From: Asaia bogorensis
GTDB taxonomy: Bacteria > Pseudomonadota > Alphaproteobacteria > Acetobacterales > Acetobacteraceae
Assembly (NCBI GenBank): GCA_943333505.2
Contig: CALQTN020000010.1
Coordinates: 13,741-77,740 of the forward strand
Direction: 5' to 3'
Length of the DNA: 64,000 nucleotides
The position numbers and the translations under genes were made by a program. Shown piece after piece: positions 46,661-55,661 of this stretch. The number at the start of each line of letters is the position of its first letter. Within the stretch, counting starts at the first letter, position 1. The notes beneath the pieces are model-generated. The model saw only the letters and a list, made by a program, of their open reading frames with translations, made no database searches and was not told the origin of the DNA.

Positions 46661-47970
46661 GGATACTCCTTGGGTCCATCTTAGCACTGGCTGGCTGTGG
46701 GGAGCCACGCCTTGATCGTGGGGCAGCGAAAGTGGCATCCGTGCTGGGCGGTGGCGTGGTACGACCGGCACCACAGATTGCGCCACCGATCGTGGTTGCG
46801 GCACCCACCAGCAACGCGACACGCGTTGAAAGTCTTTCGGCGACCGCGCCGCCGGGCCGCAGGGTCACCCTGCTGGCGCCGTTGAGCGGGCCGAACGCCG
46901 AGCGCGGCGCCGCGCTGGCGCGGGCGGCCGGCCTCGCGATGAAAGCCGATGGTGCACCCGGCTTCGATGTACTCGACACCAAGGGCACGGCTGAAGGTGC
47001 GGCGGCGGCGGCGATGACGGCCATTGCCGGGGGCGCCGGATTGATCCTCGGGCCATTGACCGCCGCAGAAACCGCCGCCGTGGCGGGCCCGGCGCGGGCT
47101 GCCGGCGTTGGCGTATTGCCGTTCACATCGGACCCGGCCCAGGCGCAAACCGGTGTCTGGCCGCTCGGCATCATGCCGGACCAACAGGTCCGCCGGATGG
47201 TTGCGGCGGTGATGGCGCAAGGTAAGAACCGCTTCGCGGCGGTATTGCCCGACAGCGATTTTGGCCGCGCCATGGCCGCTGCGTTACAGCGGGCCACCAG
47301 CAGCGCCGGCGCGCCTGACCCGGTGATCGCCTTCCACACCGGCGCCACACCGTCGATCAACGGCACCATCCGTGAAATCTCGGGCTATGCGACACGGCGC
47401 GGTCCGGTCGACAGCCAGATCCGCGCCGCCCGCGCACTCGGTACCGCTGACGGCCGACGTCAGGCCGCGCAACTGGCCAAGTCACCGATCCCGCCGCCAC
47501 CGTTCGACGCCATTTTGCTCGCCGATAGCGGCGAACGGCTGAGCACGCTGGCGAGCCTGCTGCCATACTACGACCTCGATCCGCCCGCGGTTCGGGTGCT
47601 CGGACCGGCGCTGTGGGGATCGGTCACGGCGCGCGGCGAAGCAGCGCTGCCCGGCGCGTGGTACGCTGCACCAGATCCAGCGAGCCGCGCCAATTTCGAT
47701 GCGCTTTATCAGGCCGATGGCGGCGAACCCGCGCCGGGTTTGTCGGATTTTGCTTATGATGCCGCCGGAATTGCCCGGGTTTTGGCCCGCGAAGGTGGGT
47801 TTTCGTATGCGGCCCTGGCCCGCCCCGACGGGTTTGCCGGGGTGGACGGCGTGCTCGCGTTGCAGCCGGATGGCACCGTGCGGCGCGGCCTGGCGGTGTT
47901 CGAGCTGCAACGCGGCGGACCGGTGATCGTCGAGCCCGCACCCGAAACCATTAACGCCCCAGGTCTCTGA
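46648..47970 (+). CDS. LpoA-like penicillin-binding protein activator (periplasmic-binding-protein fold lipoprotein)
   Basis: Lipobox MFRTWILLGSILALAGC. Type-1 PBP-like body. Conserved divergent synteny with rsmI. Confidence 0.6.
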   Translation: MFRTWILLGSILALAGCGEPRLDRGAAKVASVLGGGVVRPAPQIAPPIVVAAPTSNATRVESLSATAPPGRRVTLLAPLSGPNAERGAALARAAGLAMKADGAPGFDVLDTKGTAEGAAAAAMTAIAGGAGLILGPLTAAETAAVAGPARAAGVGVLPFTSDPAQAQTGVWPLGIMPDQQVRRMVAAVMAQGKNRFAAVLPDSDFGRAMAAALQRATSSAGAPDPVIAFHTGATPSINGTIREISGYATRRGPVDSQIRAARALGTADGRRQAAQLAKSPIPPPPFDAILLADSGERLSTLASLLPYYDLDPPAVRVLGPALWGSVTARGEAALPGAWYAAPDPASRANFDALYQADGGEPAPGLSDFAYDAAGIARVLAREGGFSYAALARPDGFAGVDGVLALQPDGTVRRGLAVFELQRGGPVIVEPAPETINAPGL

Positions 47971-47977
47971 CCCGCAA

Positions 47978-49324
47978 ATGCGCCCGAAACAACTGCTCGC
48001 TGCATGTCTGGCCATTGGTGGGATGCCAGTGTTGGTGCTGGGCGGCTTGATCCTGCACGGCGATGTTGGGGTTTGGCCTGCCGGGATCGCGTTCGCCGCA
48101 ATCGCGCTATCGAGCATGGCGGTCGCATTCGTCTGGGTGCGCGACATTGATCTTCTGGCAGAAACCTTGCGCCAGGCGATGACAAACCAGGGGCCGGCGC
48201 TCTCCACCGCCGCGGCCGCCCCGCGTATCCCATCGGTCGAGCGCATCGCGCAGGGCATCGAAAATCTCGCGCGCAGCCTTGCCAACCGTGCCGGGGAAAT
48301 CGGCGTGCTGCTGCGTGCCAATGAGGCGATTATCGAGCGACTGCCCGATCCGCTGCTGGTGCTGGCCCCTGATCGCGCCGTGCTGCGGGCCAACACTGCC
48401 ATGCGCACTGCTTTCCGCGACGAAATCCCCGCCTTGCTGCGCCACCCGGTCTTACGCAGCGCGATCACCCGGGCCTGGACGGAGAAGGCGACGCAGAGCG
48501 TCGATCTCAGCCTGCCAGTACCCGTGGAGCGCGAGGTTCAGGCAACGGTGCTTTATTTCGACCCGCCCTTGGCCGATGGCGGGCAGGCCCTGGTGATCCT
48601 GTCGGACCGCACCCGCGAACGCCGGGTGGAGGCGATGCGCGCGGATTTCGTCGCCAATGTCAGCCACGAATTGCGCACCCCCCTGGCCAGCGTGATTGGC
48701 TTCATCGACACCATCCGTGGCCCCGCCGCTGATGACCCGCCTGCCCAGGCGCGCTTTCTCGGCATCATGGCCGAGCAATCAGACCGCATGCGCCGGCTGA
48801 TCGATGATCTGTTGAGCCTCAGCAGGATCGAACTGGTCGAACATCAGCTGCCGTCAACCCGGATCGATCTTGCCGCGTTGGTGCGCGCCGTTGCCGCATC
48901 GTTCGAGCCACGCCTGGCCGAACGCGGGACCCGGCTGATCCTCGACCTTGCCCCCGACCTCCCGACAGTGCCGGCGGATGCCGATCAGATCGCCCAGGTC
49001 GCCACTAATCTGATCGAAAACGCGATAAAATACGGCCGCGAAGCCGGGCAGGTTACCGTCAGCCTGTCCACGGCACGGTCTGGGGTGCTGCTGGCGGTCA
49101 GCGATGACGGCCCTGGCATGGCGCGTGTCCATCTGCCGCGCCTGACCGAGCGGTTTTACCGCGTCGACAAAGCCCGCAGCCGCAATGCCGGTGGCACGGG
49201 GCTGGGGTTGGCGATCGTCAAACACATTACCAATCGGCATCGCGGACAGTTGCAGATTGAGAGCGAGGAAGGCAAAGGCAGCCGGTTCAGTGTCTGGCTG
49301 CCGATCGGAAAGGCAGAAGGTTAG
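47978..49324 (+). CDS. Sensor histidine kinase (PhoR-like: 2 TM, PAS, HisKA, HATPase_c)
   Basis: FVANVSHELRTPLASVIGF H-box, DRMRRLIDDLLSLSRIE, N/G boxes (NLIENAIKYG, DDGPGM, GGTGLGLAIV). No response regulator is adjacent. Confidence 0.8.
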   Translation: MRPKQLLAACLAIGGMPVLVLGGLILHGDVGVWPAGIAFAAIALSSMAVAFVWVRDIDLLAETLRQAMTNQGPALSTAAAAPRIPSVERIAQGIENLARSLANRAGEIGVLLRANEAIIERLPDPLLVLAPDRAVLRANTAMRTAFRDEIPALLRHPVLRSAITRAWTEKATQSVDLSLPVPVEREVQATVLYFDPPLADGGQALVILSDRTRERRVEAMRADFVANVSHELRTPLASVIGFIDTIRGPAADDPPAQARFLGIMAEQSDRMRRLIDDLLSLSRIELVEHQLPSTRIDLAALVRAVAASFEPRLAERGTRLILDLAPDLPTVPADADQIAQVATNLIENAIKYGREAGQVTVSLSTARSGVLLAVSDDGPGMARVHLPRLTERFYRVDKARSRNAGGTGLGLAIVKHITNRHRGQLQIESEEGKGSRFSVWLPIGKAEG

Positions 49325-49355
49325 AGCGTGATCCCCGGCCGAGACACCACGCTCA
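49322..49355. terminator. Hairpin spanning both convergent stop codons; its left arm matches the MITE terminal repeat
   Basis: TAgagcgtg-atccccggccgagacac-cacgctcA. TAG (49322-49324) ends the kinase gene and TCA (49353-49355) is the stop of the minus-strand flavoprotein gene. Confidence 0.45.
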
Positions 49356-50789
49356 CGCCGGTGCCATTTCGACCGGAGCGAGCGTAGGCGCGGATTGGGC
49401 TCCACATCCGCAGCCTTTGCCGGTCTCGGCTTTGACGTCCTCATCGCGGGTGCAGCAGGACCCGGCATCCAGCGTCGGCGGTCCGCCACAACAGCCGGCG
49501 CCGACCGCGTCGAGGCCGAGCAAGGTGTCGGACGGCGAGGCGCTACAAACGCCGGTTTCTGGCAATTCCAGCTCGACGCGCCGGGCTGCGGCCATATCCC
49601 CCATCAAGGCGGCCGCGATCGAGCGTACCTGTTCGTGCCCGGTTGCCAGCAGGAATGTCGGCGCCCGGCCGTAGCTCTTCATGCCAGCGATATAGAAATC
49701 AGGCTCGGCATGCGCGAGTTCTAACGCACCATGCGCCCGCACCGTTCCGCAACTATGCAGATTGGGGTCGATCAGCGTTCCAAGCTGTTCGGCACATTCA
49801 AGCGCCGGGTCGAGCGACAGGCGCACTTCCCGCAGGAACGACATATCCGGGCGGAAGCCGGTCGTATTGATCAGTTCATCCGCGATAACTTCGCCTGGAT
49901 GCCCGGCATAATCGCCCTGGATAACCAGCCGCGATGTCGCATCATGGCTTATCCGCGCGATGCGGAACGGTGTTTTCGCGTCGACCGCACCGCTTTCGAC
50001 GCACCTGCGGGCCTGGCTACCGAGCGCCCCGCGGGCAGGCAAGCCATCCGCTTCCTCACCGCCATAGGCCGCCTCGATCCGCGCTTTTCGCATCAGCCAG
50101 ATGATCCGCGTGGCCGGCTCGGCAGTCTGTAGCCTGGCGAGATCGATCAGCACGTTGAGTGCCGAATGCCCAGCGCCGACGACGGCCACGGTTTTTCCGG
50201 CGTAACGGGCGCGCGCAGCGCCGAGCACATCTGGAATTCCGCTTGCAATCTGGCGCGCATGCATGTCTTCGCCGATCGCCGGCAGGCCGTCTGCACCGGC
50301 CGGGTTCGGCGATGTCCAGGTGCCGGATGTATCGATGACGGCGCGGGCTTCGAAGCTGACCGCAGCGCCGTTGGTCTGTTTCACACGCAGCACGAACGGA
50401 AGCTGTTCGCGGCCAGCGGTCTGCACCTTGTCGCAGTTCTTGCGGGTCACCGCCGTTACCCGGCTGTTCAGATGGATATGCCGCGCCAGCACCGGCAGGG
50501 CTGCGAGTGGTTCCAGGTAATCCCGCACGAGTTCGCCACCTGTTGGCACAGCGTCCTCATCCGGATGCTGCCAGCCCGCGGCTTCGAGCAGCAATCTTGC
50601 TGCCCGATCCACGTTGTAACGCCAGGGCGAGAACATCCGCACATGGCCCCATTCACGTACGCTCTCGGCGATGGCACCGCCAGCCTCAAGCACTACGGGC
50701 GTTTCGCCACGCGCCAATAGTTCAGCCGCCGCCGCCAATCCGACAGGTCCGGCACCGATGATGGCAACAGGGAGTTTGCGCGCGCTCAT
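49353..50789 (-). CDS. FAD/NAD(P)-binding oxidoreductase (CzcO/flavin-monooxygenase-like) with Cys-rich C-terminal tail
   Basis: VAIIGAGPVGLAAAAELLARG Rossmann motif and a second GxGxxA (VAVVGAGHSAL). Tail ...GVCSAS...GAGCCGGPPTLDAGSCCTRDEDVKAETGKGCGCG. Confidence 0.7.
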   Translation of the reverse strand: MSARKLPVAIIGAGPVGLAAAAELLARGETPVVLEAGGAIAESVREWGHVRMFSPWRYNVDRAARLLLEAAGWQHPDEDAVPTGGELVRDYLEPLAALPVLARHIHLNSRVTAVTRKNCDKVQTAGREQLPFVLRVKQTNGAAVSFEARAVIDTSGTWTSPNPAGADGLPAIGEDMHARQIASGIPDVLGAARARYAGKTVAVVGAGHSALNVLIDLARLQTAEPATRIIWLMRKARIEAAYGGEEADGLPARGALGSQARRCVESGAVDAKTPFRIARISHDATSRLVIQGDYAGHPGEVIADELINTTGFRPDMSFLREVRLSLDPALECAEQLGTLIDPNLHSCGTVRAHGALELAHAEPDFYIAGMKSYGRAPTFLLATGHEQVRSIAAALMGDMAAARRVELELPETGVCSASPSDTLLGLDAVGAGCCGGPPTLDAGSCCTRDEDVKAETGKGCGCGAQSAPTLAPVEMAPA

Positions 50790-51151
50790 GACAGACCCTT
50801 TCGACGGAGAGATATTGGGAGGTTTGCGGTTTCAGCATCCGGCATTGCTGGCAGGCACGCGCTTGGTCCGCGCCCACAGCAATTCTCGGTCAGGAAGCAA
50901 ACCAGTCCGTTCATCGCGGCAAAATCCGCCGCGTAAATCAACTGCCGGCTGACGCGGCGCTGGGTCACCAGTCCGGCGCGCAGCAAATGTTGCAGATGGA
51001 AGGTCAGCGACGACGGCGGCACGCCAAGCCGGTCGGCGATACTGCCGGCCGGGAGCCCGTTATGCCCGCACTCCACCAGCATCCGATACACCGCCAGGCG
51101 ATGCTCGTGGGCAAGCGCCCCGAGGGCTGCGATGGTTTGTTTGGTGTCCAA
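50786..51151 (-). CDS. ArsR/SmtB family metalloregulator with C-terminal CC-x6-C site
   Basis: HEHRLAVYRML wHTH start. C-terminal FLTENCCGRGPSAC resembles the Cys95/96/102-type As(III) site of A. ferrooxidans ArsR. ATGA overlap with the flavoprotein gene. Confidence 0.75.
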   Translation of the reverse strand: MDTKQTIAALGALAHEHRLAVYRMLVECGHNGLPAGSIADRLGVPPSSLTFHLQHLLRAGLVTQRRVSRQLIYAADFAAMNGLVCFLTENCCGRGPSACLPAMPDAETANLPISLRRKGLS

Positions 51152-51210
51152 GGGTGCCTCCGGTCTTTCGACAAAACCCGTATGGATGAAGCGTCGAGAG
51201 CAGTCAACGT

Positions 51211-51232
51211 CTATTCGACGAATGTCGAATAG
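51211..51232. promoter_or_regulatory. Candidate ArsR operator (perfect 9-4-9 inverted repeat)
   Basis: ctattcgac-gaat-gtcgaatag, centred about 70 bp upstream of the arsR-family start codon. Confidence 0.5.
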
Positions 51233-51440
51233 TTGCGCAGTGGTGATGGCGCCGGCTGCCGATCGGTCAGACAGCAGGCACGGACTGGCACGCGAACCAC
51301 CCAGGTTTCGTCTTTAAAATTATACTTAGTAATCTTTGTTATACGTACATGTTCTCCCTAAAAGTTACATTGCGTTATTTGTATCATAAGATTAAGGGTA
51401 TTTTAGTGACAAAACGACTAAAGGCTCGGGAGCTCAGTGA

Positions 51441-54400
51441 ATGGCGACGTTTACCTGGATTGGCAATAACGGTACGTTCGACGCAAATGACGCGAGCCAG
51501 GCCGCCAATTATTCGCCAACCGGCGGTCCGCCCGGCGATAACGACACGCTGATCGTCGGCGCAGGCGCAACACTGACGAGCGCCAGCGGGGGATTGGTCA
51601 CCGGGCTTACCATCCAGGCTGCGGGTTCCGACACGTTCAATTTCACCAACCAGAATTTCGTTGCGTCCCATTTCACGCTTGGCAACTCCACGACACTCAA
51701 CCTGACCGGCACCGCCCGCAACACGGCGGGTTTCGATATTGGTTCCGGCGGCGGCACCCAGTCTCAGGTTCGCCAGACCGGAAGTGGCGCGGCGCTTAGC
51801 GTAAACGTCACCGGTACGGTGGTCAGCGACGCCTTTATCTATCTCGATCAACCCAATGGCAGCCTGACGTTCAATGTGTCGCAGAACGGCACCGCGCGCG
51901 GTGAACTCTATTCGCAGGGGGCTATTTTCAACCTCGGCGGCACGCTGACCATCAATACCGACGCCGGCAATAGCGGCAATCGGTTCTCCAACGCCGGCTA
52001 TATGCTGCTGGGGTCGCAGAACGGAACGTCCTATACGAAGCTCAACGGGCGGATGGACGGCACGCGCGGGGTCATCGAACTTGCCGCCGCCGCGACCGGG
52101 GCAATCCTCGAAATCGCCACCAACATGCCCGGCGCGCAGATTGTTGCGTTCGGTGCCGGCAATAGCGGAACAGTGCTGGTCGATGCCACCACGACACTTG
52201 GCAGCTACGCCAATGTCGGCACCGTCACCACAACTGTTCTGCAGAACAGCTTCGAGCGTTTTAACGAGTTTGGGCCTGGCAACACCATCGATCTCGCTGG
52301 CGTCAGCGCTACCGGACTGACCTATAGTTTCGGCAATGATGCCACCTGGGGCAACAACGTCCTGACGTTGATCCGCAACGGAACGACCGTGGTTGCTCGC
52401 TTGCGCTTCACCAATAGTTCGGCCTTCGCCGACGGCACCGCATCGAACTTCGTGCTGGCCGCCGATAGCGCCGGCACCGGCACGGCCATTACGGTCAATG
52501 CCGCCCCGGTTTCGGTGGTCAATGCCGGGACGACGTATGAAGTCGGCGGCACGGCTGCGGTCTTCAACGGCCCGACTGTCACTGGCACGCTCGACTGGGG
52601 CACGGCCGGAAACTGGACGGGCGGCGCGACCGCCGGCCTGCCGGGGCAGTTCCAGGCGGTGGTGATCACCAATTCGCTGGCCCAGATCGGCAGTTTCGCC
52701 AGTTATCAGCTGAATGTTTCCGGCACCCAGGCTGCCGGCGGGCTGTCGTTCAGCGACCATTTCGCCAAGCTCAGGATTACCGGACCGCTCACCCTTGCCG
52801 CGGCGCCCGGACAAAGCAGCGGTGGTGGGCTGGTGCAAACCGCCGGCACCGTCAATATCGCCGCCGGTGGCACGCTCACGGCACGCAACCTCACCTCGTC
52901 GAGTGAGCTTACCCTCGAAGCCGGGGCATCGCTGGCGGTTTCAGGGGTTGCCCCGTTTACCCTCGGGTCCGGGCTCGCCGGGCTGAGCCTTGAGGACACC
53001 GCGACTTTCAGCGGCGCCACCATCACCTCGGGTGGCAATATCATTATTGGGGCGAACGCGAGCGCCTCCGTGACCGCGATCACCAGCACTGGCACCGCCA
53101 GCAGCGTAACCGCGACCTACACCGCAGTCGGCGCCGGCTCTGCCACCGACCCCAACCAGTCGACCGGCTCATCAAGTTCCAGCCTGACCATCACTGGCGC
53201 GGGAACTGTTTGGCGCGATGTCGGCGGCGATGCCACTACCCCGCTCAGCGGCGCGATGCTGGTGGGCGGTGGCGGCGCGTCGGTCAACGCGCTCGGTACG
53301 GTCAGCGTGCCGGCCGGTGGCAATGGCACATTGAATGTTGACCAGTCTGCCACCCTGATCGACAGCGGCTTCGCCATACTTGGCCTGTTCAGCGGATCCG
53401 ACGGTTCGGTGAATGTGCAGAACGGCGCCAAATGGATCGTCAACACCAGCAGCCTGAATCTGCCTGGATCGATCGTGATTGGCAGCACGACCATTGCCTC
53501 GGGCGGGGCGCCGCCGATCCTGTCGGTCGGGTATCGGGGCACCGGCAGCCTGAATGTGGCGAGTGGCGCCACGGTCAGCCTGGGCAGCCAGGCCTTGGAT
53601 GCCAATCAGTACGGTTTGGTCATCGGCGTTGGCGCGGGAACTTTGTCGCCGGCGACGCGGCCGAGCGGCACGGTGACGGTCAACGCAGCCCTGCTCGACA
53701 GCAGCCAGGCCTCGATTTCCATCGGCCAGCGCGGCGACGGCGTGCTCAACATCAGCAATGGCGGCACAGTGCTGGCCGCCAATGGTGGCGTCATCGGGTT
53801 CGGCGTGGTGCTCGGCAGTCGCAGCTACGTGCTGGCCGGCACCGGCACTACGACGGCTTCTACCGGAACCCTGATCATCGGTGGCGGCACCGGCACCTCT
53901 GCCCTGATATCCAGTTCCGACTTCATCAATGGCCGTGATGGCATTGGCAGTGTCACCATCAGCAACGGCGGCAGCCTGGCTGTTACTGGCAGGTATTTTG
54001 AAGGTGGGTCTGCATCTAGCCGCGGCACCGCGACTGGCAATAATTTTCTGGTGCAGGGCGGCAGTGTCAGCATCAGCAACGGCGCCACGATCTTCAGCGG
54101 CAGCAATTTCAACCTCCAATCTGGCGCGGTGGGGATTTCCAGTGCCGGCACGCTGGTCGACGGCAACATCATCGTGGGCGCCAGCGGCACCCTGACCATG
54201 CTGGGCAACGGCGCCGGGTCCACATCGGTCCTGACCAACGATGCCGTCGGCGGCAGCCTGGCGAATGCCGGTCTGATCCAGGCGCTGAACGGCACGCTGG
54301 AAATCGCGGCCAATGTCGGCGGGGCTGGCAGCTTCCTGGCGTCCAGCGGTGGAACGGTGAAGTTTGACCGCGCGGTCAGCAATACCACCACCGCATCGCT

Positions 54401-55661
54401 CGGCGGCACGCTCAACAACGGCACGATTGAATTGGCGACCCCGTCGAGCTTCCTTGGGACGATCGACAATTTCTGGGGAAGCACGAACAGGGTGCTACTG
54501 GACGGGATCGGGAGTAGCCTGCCGGGGCTGGTCTGGACCCAGATTGACGCGACCTATGGCACATTGGCGATCAGCACCAATAATACGCTGGCAGCAACCC
54601 TGAAGATCGCCGGCTATCATCCGGGTGGCTTCAACCAGGCTGGGATTACCGGTGGGCTGACCATTGCCGCGATCGACACAGCGCCGTGCTTCGCCGCTGG
54701 GACCCGGATCCGCACTACTCGTGGTGAGATCGCAGTCGAAGCGCTGATAGAAGGCGACCGCGCCATCACCGCCACCGGCACCAGCCCGATCACCTGGATT
54801 GGCCACCGCCGTGTTGCCTGCGTCGACCATCCCCGCCCGTGGGATGTCAACCCAGTCCGCATCGCGCCGCATGCCTTCGCGCCCAACCAGCCGTGCCGCG
54901 ATGTGTGGCTCAGCCCCGACCATGCGGTGTTGCATGATGGCAGGCTGATCCCGATCCGCTACCTCATCAACGGTGCCACCATCATCCAGGAACCGCGTGA
55001 CGCGGTGACCTATTTCCATGTCGAACTTGCGGCCCATGATGTGCTGTTTGCCGAGGGCCTGCCGGCGGAAAGCTTCCTCGACACCGGCAATCGCGGTGCC
55101 TTCGCCAATGGCGGCGCTGCGGTAATGATGCATCCCGATTTTGCCCTGAAAACCTGGGATGTTGAAGCCTGCGCGCCGCTCGCGGTGGACGGTGTGGCGG
55201 TGCATGTCGCGCGGACAGAATTGCTCGAACGTGCGGCTATGCTTGGCCATGCCATGACCGATGATCCCGATTTGCACCTGCTGGCCGATGGCCGCGTTAT
55301 CCTGCCGGACTGGATCGGCGATGAAATCGGCTTCGTGCTGCCGGAACATTTCGACGTGTTGCGTCTGGTGTCACGCCATTTCGCGCCAGCCGAAATCCTG
55401 CCGACCAGCGATGACCGCCGACGGTTGGGGGTCGCGGTCACCAGTCTGATCCTGGATGGCGAAACGATCACGCCCGCCATGGGCAATGGCTGGTACGCGG
55501 GCGAAGACGGCCTGCAATGGACCGATGGCGATGCGCGTATCAGCGCCCGCACCGGCGCGGTGCTCGAAGTGCGGATTGCCGGAATTGGCCGCTACTGGAA
55601 CGACGCCAGCAGCGGCCAGGAACCGATTTACGCCAGCCAGACATCCGGCACGAAGGCATAG
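51441..55661 (+). CDS. Giant (1406 aa) repeat-rich protein with C-terminal Hint (Hedgehog/intein-like, Hint_2-type) domain
   Basis: The first ~1080 aa are G/T/S/A/N-rich beta-helix-like degenerate repeats (e.g. GTLDWGTAGNWTGGATAG). The Hint module starts at Cys1083 (CFAAGTRIRTTRGEIAVEAL, nt 54687) and runs through DHAVL...YFHVELAAHDVLFAEGLPAESFLD. A 190-aa tail follows. Confidence 0.75.
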   Translation: MATFTWIGNNGTFDANDASQAANYSPTGGPPGDNDTLIVGAGATLTSASGGLVTGLTIQAAGSDTFNFTNQNFVASHFTLGNSTTLNLTGTARNTAGFDIGSGGGTQSQVRQTGSGAALSVNVTGTVVSDAFIYLDQPNGSLTFNVSQNGTARGELYSQGAIFNLGGTLTINTDAGNSGNRFSNAGYMLLGSQNGTSYTKLNGRMDGTRGVIELAAAATGAILEIATNMPGAQIVAFGAGNSGTVLVDATTTLGSYANVGTVTTTVLQNSFERFNEFGPGNTIDLAGVSATGLTYSFGNDATWGNNVLTLIRNGTTVVARLRFTNSSAFADGTASNFVLAADSAGTGTAITVNAAPVSVVNAGTTYEVGGTAAVFNGPTVTGTLDWGTAGNWTGGATAGLPGQFQAVVITNSLAQIGSFASYQLNVSGTQAAGGLSFSDHFAKLRITGPLTLAAAPGQSSGGGLVQTAGTVNIAAGGTLTARNLTSSSELTLEAGASLAVSGVAPFTLGSGLAGLSLEDTATFSGATITSGGNIIIGANASASVTAITSTGTASSVTATYTAVGAGSATDPNQSTGSSSSSLTITGAGTVWRDVGGDATTPLSGAMLVGGGGASVNALGTVSVPAGGNGTLNVDQSATLIDSGFAILGLFSGSDGSVNVQNGAKWIVNTSSLNLPGSIVIGSTTIASGGAPPILSVGYRGTGSLNVASGATVSLGSQALDANQYGLVIGVGAGTLSPATRPSGTVTVNAALLDSSQASISIGQRGDGVLNISNGGTVLAANGGVIGFGVVLGSRSYVLAGTGTTTASTGTLIIGGGTGTSALISSSDFINGRDGIGSVTISNGGSLAVTGRYFEGGSASSRGTATGNNFLVQGGSVSISNGATIFSGSNFNLQSGAVGISSAGTLVDGNIIVGASGTLTMLGNGAGSTSVLTNDAVGGSLANAGLIQALNGTLEIAANVGGAGSFLASSGGTVKFDRAVSNTTTASLGGTLNNGTIELATPSSFLGTIDNFWGSTNRVLLDGIGSSLPGLVWTQIDATYGTLAISTNNTLAATLKIAGYHPGGFNQAGITGGLTIAAIDTAPCFAAGTRIRTTRGEIAVEALIEGDRAITATGTSPITWIGHRRVACVDHPRPWDVNPVRIAPHAFAPNQPCRDVWLSPDHAVLHDGRLIPIRYLINGATIIQEPRDAVTYFHVELAAHDVLFAEGLPAESFLDTGNRGAFANGGAAVMMHPDFALKTWDVEACAPLAVDGVAVHVARTELLERAAMLGHAMTDDPDLHLLADGRVILPDWIGDEIGFVLPEHFDVLRLVSRHFAPAEILPTSDDRRRLGVAVTSLILDGETITPAMGNGWYAGEDGLQWTDGDARISARTGAVLEVRIAGIGRYWNDASSGQEPIYASQTSGTKA

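Noticed and set aside
54687-55090. Hint module interpreted as an intein interrupting a host protein
   Set aside because: The flanks do not look like two halves of a known host protein. There is no terminal His-Asn plus Cys/Ser/Thr splice junction that I can see, and the ...AESFLD ending is that of bacterial Hint_2-type domains rather than splicing inteins.
51384-55349. Series of long minus-strand ORFs (51384-52838, 53172-54119, 53825-54484, 54495-55349) inside the giant gene
   Set aside because: They are all antisense to a continuous 1406-aa ORF with a recognisable Hint domain. They are mutually out of frame and low complexity.
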